Assembly: GCA_951406725.2 (NCBI GenBank)
Contig: OX597822.1
Coordinates: forward strand, 109,926,001 to 109,990,000
Length of the DNA: 64,000 nucleotides
Direction of reading: 5' to 3'
Source: Octopus vulgaris
Taxonomy: Eukaryota
A program made the translations under genes and the position numbers. Positions 41,201-55,530 of the stretch are shown here, one piece after another; positions within the stretch are counted from its first letter, which is position 1, and every line of letters begins with the position of its first letter. The notes beneath the pieces are model-generated. The model searched no databases. It was not told the origin of the DNA and was given only the letters and a program-made list of their open reading frames with translations.

Positions 41201-41519
41201 CCGAGAGAAAAGTTTTTTCAACTGCAATACTGTGAATGGAGCTAGAGTGGTTTGTTGATATTAATTTTAGAACTAATCCTGAGTTTAGTTTATCGAAGGC
41301 ATTGTTGGTTTATACTTGTTTCTCGAGGTGGTATATAAACTTGTGTAGATTTATCTTCCGATGATAGTAAAATAGAATTCGTGGTTTCTGGGACTAAAAA
41401 CAAGGAAAGTTACTGTTGGTCTGTGTTGAAATCTGTTTCTTTGGGAACTGACTGGCCAGAGCAATGAAGAATACGTCTTGTCACGACAAAGGCAACTATG
41501 TATATCGATCTATGTATAT

Positions 41520-41722
41520 GTCTTTCGGTCTCTCTTTTTGCTACCACCACCACTTGACAATCGGTGTTGGTGTGTCTGCCTCCATATAAATTAGTGGTTC
41601 GGCAAAGGCACCAATAGAAATACCGGACTTGAAAGTGGGGGGTCGATTCATTTGACTAAAAATTCAAGGCGGTGCCCCTCCATGGGAGCAGTGAAGTGAC
41701 TGAAACAAGTACAAGATAAAAT
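41520..41722 (+). mobile_element. SINE family A 3' half, diverged
   Basis: cacttgacaatcggtgttggtgtgt...tgactgaaacaagta. Confidence 0.65.
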
Positions 41723-41774
41723 ATATAATTACATGAAATCATATCATATTTGGCATTATTTAAACTCCACAAAC

Positions 41775-42155
41775 CTGTACTTGTTTCACTCATTGGACTG
41801 CGGCCATGCTAGGAAACTTTTTCTGTTGTGGTGAAGAGAATCCCTTAAAGGATTCAGTATTATGTTACTTATTCTAAAAATTTACAAAAGAAAGTGAAGT
41901 TACGAGGATGTAAAGAAACAACAACATGGCCTTCAAGCAGACATGGCCAGCGGACAAAGACAAAAACACACGAATACTCGTAATCGCACACACATATGTA
42001 TACATGATGGGCTTCCACAAGGTTTCCGTCCACTAAATTCACTCACAAGGCAATTGTCGGCCTGGCCTATAGTAAAAGATGCTTGCCCAAGGCGCCCAGC
42101 AATGAGATGGAACACGAAACCACATGATTGCGAAACCAATTTAAACATACAGCCT
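41775..42155 (-). mobile_element. SINE family A, diverged
   Basis: gtacttgtttc...gactgcggccatgct; gggcttccaca..tttccgtc..aaattcactcacaaggc..cttgcccaaggcgcc. Confidence 0.65.
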
Positions 42156-42615
42156 TGACTAATAAATAGTTGTTTCCTCTTATTTTTGACTTAACGCCTC
42201 AACATACATCTGATTATGTGTTATAAACTATTGAATCGCTGCCGCAATCAACCAAAGTTGTCTAACAAGAACCCGCTTTTATGTTTCGGTTTTCTCTTAT
42301 AACGCACTATCACATCCCTCTTTTATTCAAACAATTCACTTTATTTGTATAATGTCTGGGATTACTTGAGTAACAAGTGCTCCTGAGTATATTTTCAGTC
42401 AGGCCTCTGTAAACACAACGAATTCCATTATGTTCCATTGTAGAATTCCATAACCGGACTCTATCAATGGATAACAGGAATTAAAGTAGCAGAATAAATA
42501 TGAACTAAATAGAATGAATGCGTTTGGTGAGGCAAAGGCTAATTATGTTGATTCGATTACATTATTATTATTATTATCATTATTATCATTATTATCATTA
42601 TTATTATTATTATTA

Positions 42616-42697
<82 letters not shown>

Positions 42698-42704
42698 CCT
42701 TAAC

Positions 42705-42860
42705 AGGTGATTGCAGAATCGTTAGTATGCCTAGCAAAATGCTTAGCAGCGTCTGTCTTCACCTTCTGAGTTCAAATTCGCTGAGGTCAAACTTGCCTTT
42801 CATCCGTTCGGGGTCAATAAGATAAGTACGGTGTAATTGACTATCTTTCTCCTCAATTCA
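42705..42860 (+). mobile_element. SINE family B, diverged
   Basis: ttctgagttcaaattc..gaggtc..ttgcctttcatccgttcggggtc. Confidence 0.65.
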
Positions 42861-42938
42861 GGTATTGTGCCTATTGTACAGGTAAATTATCATTATTGTT
42901 ATTAAGGCATTATGTATGCATGTATGTATGTAATATGT

Positions 42939-42977
<39 letters not shown>

Positions 42978-43627
42978 TGTGTGCGTGTATGTGTGCGTGT
43001 GTGTGTATAGCAAGAGAGAAGGAGAAATAAAGAAAGAAAGAGAAAACACCTTGTAGAGATCAAATTTGAACTCATACTCCGAAATCCTTAGCGAGGATTG
43101 AGTCTGCAGAGTAAAGTATTTATTTTGCCCCCACCACTACCACCGCCACCATTGCCTGGCACCTGGTGTTTCTCCGCTTACCTCAACCGTAGTGTAGCGT
43201 TTCGGAAAAGGAGATCGATAGAATGAGTACGGAACTATAAAATGTACTAGTGTTGATTTGTTCAACTAAATCATTAAAGGTGTCGCCTAAGCATATTAGC
43301 CGCACTCCAATGACTGAAAGAAATAAAAGGCAAAAAGATAACGTTGAGAAAACGTAACGAAAGAGAGTAAAAATGAAAGACAAAACCAAAAATCGCTTCG
43401 GGTGGATTGGAACCAAAGCAGAGGAATTGTAATCTTACGCAGAGTTCAAGTTCTCTCTGTGCAACATGCAATTTTCTGTCCTAAACCTTCTATTGATTTT
43501 TAAATTTATCTATAAACATTAGACATAAATGGCAAATTGCAGTATGGAGTCGTAAAAATGTCCTGTTTATATTATCATTGGAAATGCAGGTACAGATTTA
43601 CATATATGTTTGTGTATAAGTGCGGGT

Positions 43628-43717
<90 letters not shown>

Positions 43718-44959
43718 CTTTGATGTACTCATATGTATACTGATACACTATTAATGTATGTGTGTGGGTGTATATTTATAAATATATACATACACATTCC
43801 TATGTATGCTCTTATAAATTGTGTGTATATATGTATATAAAGCAGGTGTGTGTATTGTGTGTGTATGTGTGCGTGCGTGTGTGTCTGTATATGTGTGTTT
43901 GTGTGAGTGTACGTGTCTATATGCCTGTGTGTATGTGTACGTGGGTGCGTGCGTGCGTGCGTGCATGCATGTGTGTTTTGCGTGTGTTTGTATGTACATG
44001 CATGTCTGCTGTGTATCAATAATTCTTGCCTGCGCAGATATTCTGGATTTTGCGTAATATTAGTTGCAATCTTAAACAAATTCTATCTCGATGAATCCAT
44101 TGTATGCATTAAGTTAAGTTTCTGAAAATAGAACGTACAAATAGAAAGATAATTTCTACAGAAAATATAAATGAAACTCTGTCTCCAAATCAAGAAAACT
44201 AATTCTACATTTAAAAGAAACAAAGTAATCTATCTTTTGTTTGTCATATTTTTTTCTTTTATTCCTTATCGAATAAATTCTCAAATATCTTTTTGATATG
44301 CTTCACTCAGCCATTTTAACTAAATTAAAGTAATTTTCCATTTCTTACAAAGTTTCTATTACTGGTGTTACGAAAATAAAGAAAAATCTATATGGAATAT
44401 AGAAGATGAAACCATCGTTTTGGTTAGAATCCTAACTCAGAATTTATTTCTAACAAAATTTTGGGAAAATATATCGGATTAGCTTTATATGTTTTTGTAT
44501 TAAAAGCCATTGTTGACAAAATAAGAATATGCATTATGGCGCTGTGTGCAGCAATCAAGACCAAATATGGCGTTTCAGAGAGAAGCGGATACGCCTTTCG
44601 TCTGGAAGGTGTGACATAACCGAAGAACTACGTAGCAAACAATGTTTTAGTGGTATATATTTCATAGTAGTTGTTTGGAAGTTAGTTCAAGTACAAAGTA
44701 GTAATATATATTCACCGGAATGTATACAATGTAGGCCACGAATATAATCATTGTTGGTCGAGTGATCCAGCTGGCTATTCCAGGTAGCTTTTGGGGAAAT
44801 ACTCGTTGTTTTTTTGGTTTATTTTTTCTAACTCAGTATCTTGATTAACTACAATGTACAGGGTACAACAAAATGGTCACCATCAGAACCTTTTAGTATA
44901 CTAACTTCTGTCCACTAATGATTCTCTTGCTGTGTCATTTATATTTACTGCAGGCGTCT

Positions 44960-45470
44960 TTACTACGGAATTTGGAAAACTTTAGTCGTAGACCCATTGA
45001 ACATCGATACAAGCGAACCGTCCTTTCATGCTGAGACCACAGCGATATAATAGTAATGGACGTGTCTGAGTCAGAAGTGGTCAAGGTAATTCTCGATGAG
45101 CGATGGATATTATGGATATATGCTCTAACTCTGTAAAATCTTGTAACACAGCACATGGAAAGACTTGGCTTTACATGACGATGGCCTCCGTCGATGGAAT
45201 GAGGACTCTTTTCATATGAAGATGAACCGGAATTAGGTTGCGACTAGAAATGGCTCTCTAGGAAGATCTTTTTGTAAAGTGGGACCGATGTGATTAATTC
45301 TAAATCGGTTCGGCGATGTATTACCACATAACAGGGTAATATCTGTCCATACTGGAGAGTATAGCCTATCGACGTTTCTACAAAAAACTTGTTTCGCTAT
45401 CGTGCCGCTCTTTTGCCAGATCTCATTACTAAGGCGCATTGGGGTGCTGCAGCTGAAGATTCGAAGCAAC
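44960..45470 (-). mobile_element. Possible highly decayed Gypsy pol (integrase) remnant
   Basis: WTDITLLCGNTS..PTLQK(fs)KIFLESH..SQP and RHVH resemble Gypsy LLCDTST..RK.IF..LH..SHPG / F.HVH; weak. Confidence 0.3.
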
Positions 45471-45844
45471 ACTATCAGGCAGACAGTCCTGCAGGGAGTC
45501 AGGGAGGTGAAAACTGAATAAATGTGAACTCTCTCCGTGCGTCTCTTAGGCGCCAGGGTAAAATCTCTTGCAGTGTTTCCTACATTTTATGAACTAACTT
45601 CACGTCCCGCCGCGATTAACTTTGCCTTTTATCTTTTCAGGCTCAATAACTTTAAGCACTTGTCAAGTAATAAAGTCGATGATATTAACAAGCTTCTTCT
45701 TCTAAAATTTACTGGCCCTGTGCTTATGTCAGGGACATAGAAAAGTGTTCTTCCTAATAAATTTGGAAAATTGTGCCTGACTGACAAAATATGATTAAGG
45801 GGAATAGAACTACTTTAAAGATGCTGCTATAGATTAGAGAACAC

Positions 45845-46385
45845 AACTGTCGGACCTGTTTGCACCGATTTTAGCAGCATTCTATGGCCCCTGGCAACAG
45901 ACAGGAAGCATTCCCAGTCGTGTGAGTTGGGGAGTGGTGATGCTGCTGAGAAAGGATCCGAACAAAGAGTTTGTGATCGAAAACTTCAGGTCTATAACTT
46001 TACTCAACACCGAGTTAAAAGTTTTAGCTAAGGTGCTCGCCAAGAGGCTAGCGCTTGTAGTCGGTAGTATAGTTGGGGATGCACAAACCTGTACGATCCC
46101 CGGTAGATCTATCCATAATAATCTCCACCTCATGCGATACATCGTAGAACGGGCAGGGAATAGATCGTGCTTTCGAGGGTCACTGATCAATGTGGACCAG
46201 TCCAAAGTTTTTGACAGGGTGGACCATCGCTATCTAGTGTCTGTCCTAAAAGCAATATCCGTCGCTTGACGGAGGGTCCGGTGAAAGTGCTTGGAGTCTG
46301 GTTCGGACCAGATTTCCAAGTAGATAGGAACTGGGAAGCGGTTATGAATAGGGTGGCCAAACTCAGCCAGAAATGGGCAGAAAGT
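45845..46385 (+). mobile_element. Tx1/L1-clade LINE RT fragment with internal deletion
   Basis: GVVMLLRK..NFRSITLLNTELKVLAKVLAKRL..AQTCTIPGRSIHNN..DQSKVFDRVDH; then VKVLGVWFG. Confidence 0.85.
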
Positions 46386-46629
46386 GTCTGTGAATATATT
46401 CCTTCTTAGCCAGGACTAGGCAGCCAGAAACAATATGATTCATTGGTTCTTCTCCATCTCCATATATTCTGCAGTTACTTGTTATGTTTCTGTTCATTAT
46501 ATGTTTTTGGTAATTTCTGGTGGGGAAATTTTTAATTGTGCTGCAATTAAAAATCCTTTAGTCTCTTCTTTGTGTCCTGAGCTTCTCAGCTACTGTTGGG
46601 ATTTTGCTTTGTCTATTTCTTTTGTGTTT

Positions 46630-47000
46630 AGTTTAACCTAGTATTTGCCACGAATGGACTTTTCTTGTCATCATTTTAACATGATCTTTTGCTGTTCTAG
46701 TTTTAGCTTGAATTTCTGTTTTTACATCTTTTGTTTTTTCTTCTGGTGTTTCTTCTTTTCCTTCATAGTTGTTAGGTAGTATGACTTCTTCTTTGTATTT
46801 GTTAGCTTCCTTAAAGACTGAAAACATTTTTTTTTTTGGTTTTTTTCGTGTGGCTAATTGTATAAGTTTTTCTTAATTCTGAAATATGTATTTCTGTAGT
46901 CTTATGGTGGTTATTTTCTATTAGTTTTCTAGCCGTATAAGGCCTCTATCACCTTCTATACGTTGTGTATATAACCCTTCTATGTTAGATTGCCTTTTGT
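46630..47000 (-). mobile_element. R4/Dong-type LINE fragment
   Basis: GDRGLIRLEN and SVFKEANKY region resembles the post-RT segment at 61260-61500. Confidence 0.5.
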
Positions 47001-48734
47001 TTTTTATACTGCATCTACGGTTATTAATTACTTATGAGACAAGTCATATTGACGTCACTTCCCTTTCTTCAGGGACTACATTGGGTAATTGATGCTTCCT
47101 CTTTTAGGAGATATTGCATGATGCATAGAATATATGGATGCTATATCCATGAGATTAAGCAATCACGCAAAGACTTTCTAGTGGACGTGATCTTTTATTT
47201 ATCATATGATTTAATGTACCGCATGTAGTATCTTGTTTTCATAATTGGGAGGAATATATCTGATAAAATATGGGAACAGAACAGAAAAATAGGAAGAGAG
47301 AGGGTGTGAGAGGGAAGAAAGAGGGAAAGAGAGGGAGCGACTGAGGAAGGAGAAAATGCGTGTATGTCGAAATTAGTGACAATATAGAAGGCATACATCA
47401 TGACAAATTAAAACGTATATCGGTATTGAATGAATGGCAAACTAGACAATAGAGTCAATAGAAATGAACAGAAAACTCCATTTTCTATTATTCAAATTAC
47501 GCTCTTTATGTTTTCTATAAAGTAACTTTGAAAATAGAAGTTATTGTCATATTTTTTTCTTCGATTTTTCATTGATTCATAATCACACAAGAATATAACT
47601 GATTAATATAATACAATTTGTGCTAAAATCTTTGTCGCTTTTTATACTACTAAATCAGTCTGTAATACATTTTGTTCTAACATGAATATTTGACGAAAGA
47701 GAAATTTGCATGACGTCACAGCACCAGCAGCATTCATACACCAAATAACTCATACATCATTTGATTTTAAGTTTGACACGAAAATGAATTTAATTTATGC
47801 CATTAGTGCTTTGCAACTTTGTGCTTCCTGACACGCTATGAACTCTAAACCCAGACACATTTAAACAAAACTTGTCGCAATCAGAAGCAAGTTATTTCAC
47901 GGTCAACGGTGCACGACATTTTGAGAAATCTTAAAGTGTATTCTAGTAATAATTTTACCATTTCTATGGAGTCAATATCTTCAAGCGCTATTAGATCTTT
48001 TGAAAAAAAGTCAAGATTTGCCATTTGATAATCAAGATGTCTTTATCTTGCCACTTTACGAACCAATCAGCTTCGTGTAATCTTTTCTTATTAATAACAC
48101 CTAATATTTCATTGCTGGAATAATAATGGAAACATTGTGTACGTAAACCCTTACGTCTCACACTTGATGATTCTATCAAGTTAAATCGCACTAAATTTAG
48201 TTTTCTGAATGGCTAGAGCGGCAATTCAATATTTTTACATCAGAAAATTGTGAAGCGATAATAATACTCGTTTAGTTATAGTGAATATAATAGGTCATCA
48301 CAATATCTATCGCTTTTCTATTTCAGTTTCTCTCTATATATACGTCTACATATGACTAGGTGAGATTGTGGTGTGGTGCGGTGTGTGTGTGAGACGGTGT
48401 GTGATTGTATGCAATTAATAGATAATGATGAAACGGCACTAGCTTTAGTCTTTCGTGTCAGAGAGGAATTTCAAAAAGACGTGTGTAAAAAACACATGGC
48501 TTTGTTCTGTATGTGCAGATTTATAGACACACACACACACACGCATGCACACACTCATGCTCACACACACAGATATATAGATAGATATGTACATACATAT
48601 ATACATACATACGGACATAGATTCATAGAGACATACATACATGCATGCATGCATGCATAAATACATACATACATACATATGTATTTTGTGCTTTCTTGTT
48701 TGGATTAACTTTACATACATATATATATATATAT

Positions 48735-49640
48735 GAAACGGTGAGCCTATATGAGCAGAAGACTATGCATGGATATGTTAGTAGAAAGGTCCGAGATAAT
48801 AGTAACATTGATCATCAAAGCAGTCTATCATCGACCAATAACCGGGATACTACCACCCACTTTGAAGACCATGCGTTTGATATCCAAGAATAGGAAATAT
48901 CAACCAAATACCCGATTCACGAAAGGAATAGATAATCAGGAAAACAGTAAAATGAGTCAACCGTTGCAGATATTATGGAGTTAACACCGACGTTATCACC
49001 CACATGGTAAATATTTGTCCAATAATGTCATCACGCTATTATCTACCGATGAGACATGATGTTTTAGCTAGGACACACTATGATGAAATCCGTCGGAAGG
49101 ATAATCACGAGTACAAAGAAATAAGAAACTACAATAGGAGTACTGGTGAAATGTCCCAGTGGAAACCCTAATAAAATATAATCACAACAGACCTGATATA
49201 ATGATTTGGGATAGAGAAGACAAAACTGTGTACAATTGTGGAAATCATCTTTCCAGCGGATGTTAACATAAAGCTGAAGATCAGTGAAAAAGAGAATACC
49301 TATGCTGAACTATTGAGAAATCTGCAGTTGCTCTATCCAGATTACAAGTTCAGGTTAACACCTGTAATTATTGGGGCCCAGCGATATGTAACACACTGCT
49401 TAAATACCAATCTTGACAAATTAGGGTTCTCAAAACCAGAATCAGAAAGTAGAAAGCTAATTCGATGACTACAGCTCCAATCCATCACTGGAACTGTAAA
49501 AATCTGTAAAACGTTTCAGAAGTTTATCATTTCAATGCATATGAGAATGTCTTGATATAAAACTATATGCATAAAAATACATACATTAAGCAAAATATAC
49601 AAATCTGCACTTATGCATACATTCATACATACATACATAC
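48735..49640 (+). mobile_element. R4/Dong-type LINE 3' part
   Basis: SLYEQKTMHGY, HFEDHAFDIQE, CRYYG, RHDV, NRPDIMIWD, FPADVNIK, PVIIGA; inverted homolog at 53050-53960. Confidence 0.85.
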
Positions 49641-49664
49641 AAAAATGCCCAGTTTTTTATGTGG

Positions 49665-50172
49665 AAATTGTTTTCAGCCTGTAATGATATGCATAAGTTC
49701 TGGTCATCAAATCTAAGTAGAGATTTCAAATTTAAAATCTTCGAAGCCACAGTCGAACCAATCCTGCTATATGGCTCAGAAACCTGGATGCTATCAAAGA
49801 AGCTTGAGAGGCGGTTGGATGGAACTTACACTCGCCTCCTTATGAGAGCTCAAAATCTCTCATGGAAGCGTCATCCAACCAAAGTACAAATATATGGGAA
49901 ATGACCACCTGTATCATCTCTTGTGAAAGGTAGAAGAGTCCGGTTTGCTGGACATTGTTGTAGAGCCGAAAACAAGGTAATTTCTACTCTTCTCCTCTGG
50001 AAGCCATCTGCTCGCGATACCAGAGGGCGCACACTCTCCTATCCTGACGTAAACTCCAGGGATACAGACATCTAGCAACAGGACCTCTGTAATGCTATGA
50101 TGGTCTGTGAAGTCTGGCGTAACATAGTAAATTCCATTGTCTCGACCACTGTCGAACAATGATGATGATGAT
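49665..50172 (+). mobile_element. RTE-like LINE 3' fragment with (GAT)n tail
   Basis: SACNDMHKFWSS..IFEATVEPILLYGSETW..RLDGTYTRLL..RFAGHCCR. Confidence 0.88.
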
Positions 50173-50207
50173 ATATATACATACCTACATACACACATAC
50201 ATACATA

Positions 50208-50350
50208 CATTTTTCTGTATCCCTTTCTGTGGAAGAGCGTTGGCTCGAAACGTAAAATACTTCTTCTATTCCTGAACGTTATACTAGTACATCTGTTTGT
50301 TTGTACACCACCTGTCTTCGTCTTTTGTTTCTTTTCGTAAACTCTCCCTA
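50208..50350 (+). mobile_element. Short hammerhead-bearing repeat
   Basis: ttt CTGTGGA agagc-gttg-gctc GAAAC GTA aaa (50224-50257). Confidence 0.7.
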
Positions 50351-50938
50351 TACATACATATATACTTATATACATACAAATTAGCAGTTTTGCAAAATAC
50401 CGATAGAATATTACCAGGCTTAAAAATTAGTACTGCTGTCGATTCATTCGGCTACAATTCTTGAAGGTGGTCCCCAGCATCGATGCAGCCTAATGGTTGA
50501 AACAAGTTAAGGAAGCAAACGTATATATACATATCAGAATATAATTTCACGCCCGTACAGCAAATACTTCAGCACTTGCCTCATTAACAGTACTATGACA
50601 GGATTTCCTGTTCTATTTAATATTTCACTGTTTTAATACTGGATGTTTGCTTTGAAATATCTTTCTTTCCCTGTTACAGTCTTCCTTCTATTCTTCTGTA
50701 AATGTAGCTCGTGTTTCTCTTGTGTATATAAAGGAAGGGACCAACCATTAAAATCAGAAATGAGACATTAATGGGAGAGGCATTATATCATAGATACAGG
50801 CAAATGCTGAACCTTGGTGATCTTACCTTGTTAAAAGCACCGAAGTGTATGTTGTTAGAATATTAGAATTGATGTTGAGAGAATAATTGGTGGCGAATGG
50901 TTTGATGATGTAATGGACATACATACACACAGAGACAT

Positions 50939-50973
<35 letters not shown>

Positions 50974-51310
50974 GACAGAGAGACAGGCAGAGAGAGGGGG
51001 CATTCTAAGGTGACTTAGATGGAGTAAGTATTATTGGAGGAGATAATGTCGTTGGAGGTAGTTTATGCGGTGTCGATGGTACAGGTAGCAACGGAAGTTG
51101 GAGAACTTTTATCACTGGAATAAAGACAAGAGAATTTAGGAGAGAAATATATTTAATCAGTAAGAATATATATAATTTTCTAATGAATTTTAGAATGGTA
51201 TTATGGTTATTAATTAGCTATTTGGTAAGTTTCTTTTTACGTTCATAATGATTAAAATGATAATGGTATTAGTTCTCATACATTTTTATTAGCCTTCAAC
51301 ATTTACATTG

Positions 51311-51727
51311 ACTTTGCTCTTTAACTTGTTTCTGTCATGTGACTGTGGCCATGCTGGAGCACCGCCTTTAGTCGAGCAAATCGACCCCGGGACTTATTCT
51401 TTGTAAGCCCAGTACTTATTCTATCGGGCACTTTTGCCGAACCGTTAAGTTACGAGGACGTAAACACACAAGCATCGGTTGTCAAGCGATGCTGGGGGAC
51501 AAACACAGACACACAAACATACACATTCATAGATATACATATATACATATATATACATATATACGCCGGGCCTCGCTCAGTTTCCATCTACCAAATCCAC
51601 TTACAAGGCTTTGGTCGGCACGAGGCCATAGTAGAAGACACTTGCCCAAGGTTCCACCCAGTGGGACTGAACCCGGAACCATGTGGTTGGTAAGGATGCT
51701 ACTTACCACACAGCCACTCCTGCGCCT
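51311..51727 (-). mobile_element. SINE family A, full length, flanked by ~140-bp direct repeats
   Basis: Reverse complement of 5866-6278; flanks 51167-51310 and 51729-51871. Confidence 0.9.
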
Positions 51728-52562
51728 GTATATATACTTTTCTAATGAATTTTAGAATGGTATTACGATTATTAAATAGCTATTTGTTCCGCTGCTTTTT
51801 ACGTTCATAATGATTAAACTGATAATGGTATTTGTTGTCATACATTTTTATTAGCCTTCAACATTTACATTAACATATATACAATAGTTAAATAAACTGA
51901 ACCACATCCAAGACATATCGAATGGAGTAACTTCGAGTTTTCCTGTAGTAGAAAGTAGTACAAAGTTCATAAGTATTCAGAACAAATTAGGTGGAAAGAA
52001 TGAGGACGCCTTATCCCAATAGGGACTGACAATGCTCCGCATACCTTATGATTCTAGGCAGAACAAGTAGAAAAAGAGAACACACCTGTCCTGAAAGTAT
52101 GAGATAGTTCTGCCTAGGAAATAAAATTGCCATATTCTATAACACCCAATGAAGTTTCTAGAAGCTTCGACCAGATTATTTGGTAATCCCTTGATTATAC
52201 AAGATTATTTGTATAATCCCTTGATTATACAATAGACAATCTCATTAGCCGAAAGGTGTTCATGTAGCTGTTAATGCCCGTAATGGTTACAAGATTAAAT
52301 TTTTATAACTGTCTTTGGCATTTATAGTATGCAACAGGTCGTTTTTGTGAAAACATTTCTTGAAAGCATTTGTTCAGAACCCCGCTGAAACAGTGAAACA
52401 AAGGAAAAGAATGTGTAACATTTTGGAATTATGAGATATTATTTCATTGTGCTTATTACATTAGTAAGAATATGTAAGATATTGTCGGGGAAGTTTATAA
52501 GGAAGAACTAACATATCGAGGTATAGGGATGTAACTACGCGTTATGTCCTTCATTGTACGCG

Positions 52563-52737
52563 TAGCCGTATTCCGTCTGCCGTTACGTTCTGAGTCCAAA
52601 TTCCGCCGAGGTCGACTTTGCCTTTCATCCTTTCGGGGTCGATAAATTAAGTACCAGTTACGCACTGGGGTCGATGTAATTGACTTAATCCGTTTGTCTG
52701 TCCTTGTTTGTCCTCTCTGTGTCCTCTCTAAACAAAT
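52563..52737 (+). mobile_element. SINE family B, 5'-truncated, with TSD-like flanks
   Basis: gttatgtccttcattgt / gttatattcttcattgt. Confidence 0.85.
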
Positions 52738-53049
52738 AGTTATATTCTTCATTGTGAAATATTGAAGGACGTAATATAGAGGCAAAAGTATGTCAGTATG
52801 TTAGCGAGAATATTATTTTAGGAAGTAAGTGAACTAGTAAAATAAATACTTCGAAGATGAGTGGACTAGAGGTTAGAGTGTTCCGTCTCAAGTTCAGAGA
52901 AACGTGAAGCAGAATGGAACAAAGAAGCATGTGATAGAAAGGAGGAAAGCAACTCATATTATGTTTCTCTAGTTATACTCAGCAGGAATTCAAAGCTCCT
53001 TCATTGGAATTTCAATATCAACAACAGGGTATTATTGTATATCTGTATG

Positions 53050-55530
53050 TATGTATGCATGCATACACGTATGTATGTATATATGTATATATATATGCAT
53101 GTATGTATGTGCAGATTTGTAAGTTTTATGTATGTATTCTCATGCCTATAGTTGCATATCTAGACATGCTCATATATATTTAAATGATAAACTTCTGGAA
53201 AGTTTTTTACAATTTCAGCGTTGGATTGGATTTGTAGTTTTCGAATCAGCTTTCTCCTTTCTGGTTTTGAGAAGCCTGATTTCTTAAGATTGGTATTTAA
53301 GCAGTGCTTCACATATCTCAGGTCCTCAATAATTACAGGTATGAACCTGAATTTGTAATCTGGTTAGAGTAACTGCGGATTTCTCAGTAGTTCAGCATAG
53401 GTGTTCTCTTTTTCACTGACCTTCAGCTTTATGTTAACATCCGCTGTGCAGTTTCTCTTCTCCATCTCAAATCATTAAATCAGGTCTGTTGTGATTACAT
53501 TTTATTGAGGTCTTCACCGAAACACCCCACTAGTATTCTTCTTATTATGAGTAGTTATGGCTTCTACCATATTGTGGGCTCTTATTTCTTTCTCCTCGGG
53601 ATTATCCTTCCGAAGGATTTCATTACAGAGCGTCTTAACTCTATAATGTCACATCGGTAGATAATACTGTGATGAAATTTTCGGACAACTGCTTATAATG
53701 TGGGTGATATCTTCAGCGTGAACTCCATAAAGTCTACATCGGTTGTCACACTTTACTGCTTTACCTACATCTCTATCCCTTTTGTACATCAGGTGCTTGG
53801 TTGATATTTCCTGTTCCTGGATTGCAAACGCATACTCTTCAAAGTGGGAGGTAGTAATCCGGCTATTGGTCCATGATAAACTACTTTGAAGATCGATGTT
53901 ACTATCATCACGCAGCTTTCTAGTAACAAACCCATGCATAGTCTTCTGCTCATACAGGCTCTTCCTTTTACATGATGATACGTTGCAGTAGAGTCGTGCG
54001 ACGTCTTTGGGCATGTATTCTAGGTTATCAGGCAAAGAGTGTTGCTCAAGGAGCTGCCTTCCAAGTCTTATGATGTTATCAGTCTCATGTATGCAAACTT
54101 GGTCAACGGATGCACTTCGACACTTGGTGGTTAAAAGACGTTGGTGAAGGGATATGATGCGACATTCAAAGGCATTTTGGATCGACGATATGCATATGAT
54201 CTGGTCATCAAATCTAAGTAGAGATTTCAAACTTAAAATCTTCAAAGCCACAGTCGAACCAATTCTACTATATGGCTCAGAAACCTGGATGTTATCAAAG
54301 AAGCTTGAGAAGCGGTTGGATAGAACTTACACTCGCCTCCTTATGAGAGCTCAAAATCTCTCATGGAAGCGTCATCCAACCAAAGTACAAATATATGGGA
54401 AATTACCACCTGTATCATCTCTTGTGAAAGGTAGAAGAGTCCGGTTTGCTGGACATTGTTGTAGAGCTGAAAACGAGGTAATTTCTACTCTTCTCCCCTG
54501 GAAACCATCTGCTTGCGATACCAGAGGGCGCACATTCTACTACCCTGACGTAATCTCCAGGGATACATACATCTGGCAACAGGACCTCTGTAATGCTATG
54601 ATGGTCCGTGAAGTCTGGCGTAACATAGTAAATTCCATTGTCTCGACCACTGTCGAACAATGATGATGATGATATATATACATACCTACATACATACATA
54701 CATTTTTCTGTGTCCCTTTCTGCCTTGTTTTCGTTCCACATCCCTGTTTATGTGGACATTATTGTGCTTGTTAGTATTTTTCGAGTTTTCACATCAATAG
54801 CTCGGATCTCATCAAGGGTCTATTTAAGCAGCCGAAATGTTGGTATGGATACTGGCTCTGCAAACACCTTGTTTTATTGAATGCAGAGACTTCTGAGGTC
54901 CAAAGTTTGTTTATTCGGCTGTAATATTCTTTAGTGACACGTGTTTTGTTAAAGATGCTTCTACTGTAAGATATATTTTCATCCACCACTAGATACCTGT
55001 AACATTCCTTGTCAGATATAGAGGAAACAGTAAAATCATTAATGGAGATGTTACTAGTCTGGTTTATAGTTTTCCACCTTTTCACAACCATATAACAGCA
55101 TTTATCCTGACCAAACTCCAACCCTACATCTTTTGAAAATGTTGCAACCAGATCACACCTTTTCATTTCATGCATATTCTTTGCATAAAGTTTTAAATCA
55201 GCCACAAAGAAACAGTGTGTAATTTTTGTATATCTATTTCCTTGTGAACCAGTGAGATATCCTTCAGACTTCCTTACATTGAGTGAGAAGGGGTTTACAA
55301 AAATTATAAAGAATATCACAGAGAGGTTGTCTCCTTGGAATATGCCTTTGCGGTACTGTATTCAATCGGTGATAATTCAGCCACTCTTTGTGTTTAATTT
55401 CAAGATGATGGCCCACGATGAAGTCAGGTCAGCTATGGCTTTGACTATTCTCACTGGAACTTTGGCAAATGGAAGAGATTCTAGCACCCATGAGTGGGGA
55501 ACAGAGTCAGAGACTTTCTTGTAGTCTAGA
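53050..55530 (-). mobile_element. R4/Dong-type LINE (RT + RLE), interrupted at 54186-54722
   Basis: DSVPHSW, KGIFQGDNLS, THCFFVADLKLYA, FSKDVGLEFGQDKC, IDVKTRKIL, AIQEQEISTK, CRLYG..EDITHIISSC. Confidence 0.88.
54186..54722 (+). mobile_element. Second copy of the RTE 3' fragment plus its downstream flank
   Basis: Highly similar to 49686-50229, including the post-tail microsatellite and ttttctgtRtccctttctg. Confidence 0.88.

Noticed and set aside
52173-52232. ~30-bp tandem duplication
   Set aside because: Ordinary slippage duplication with no further structure
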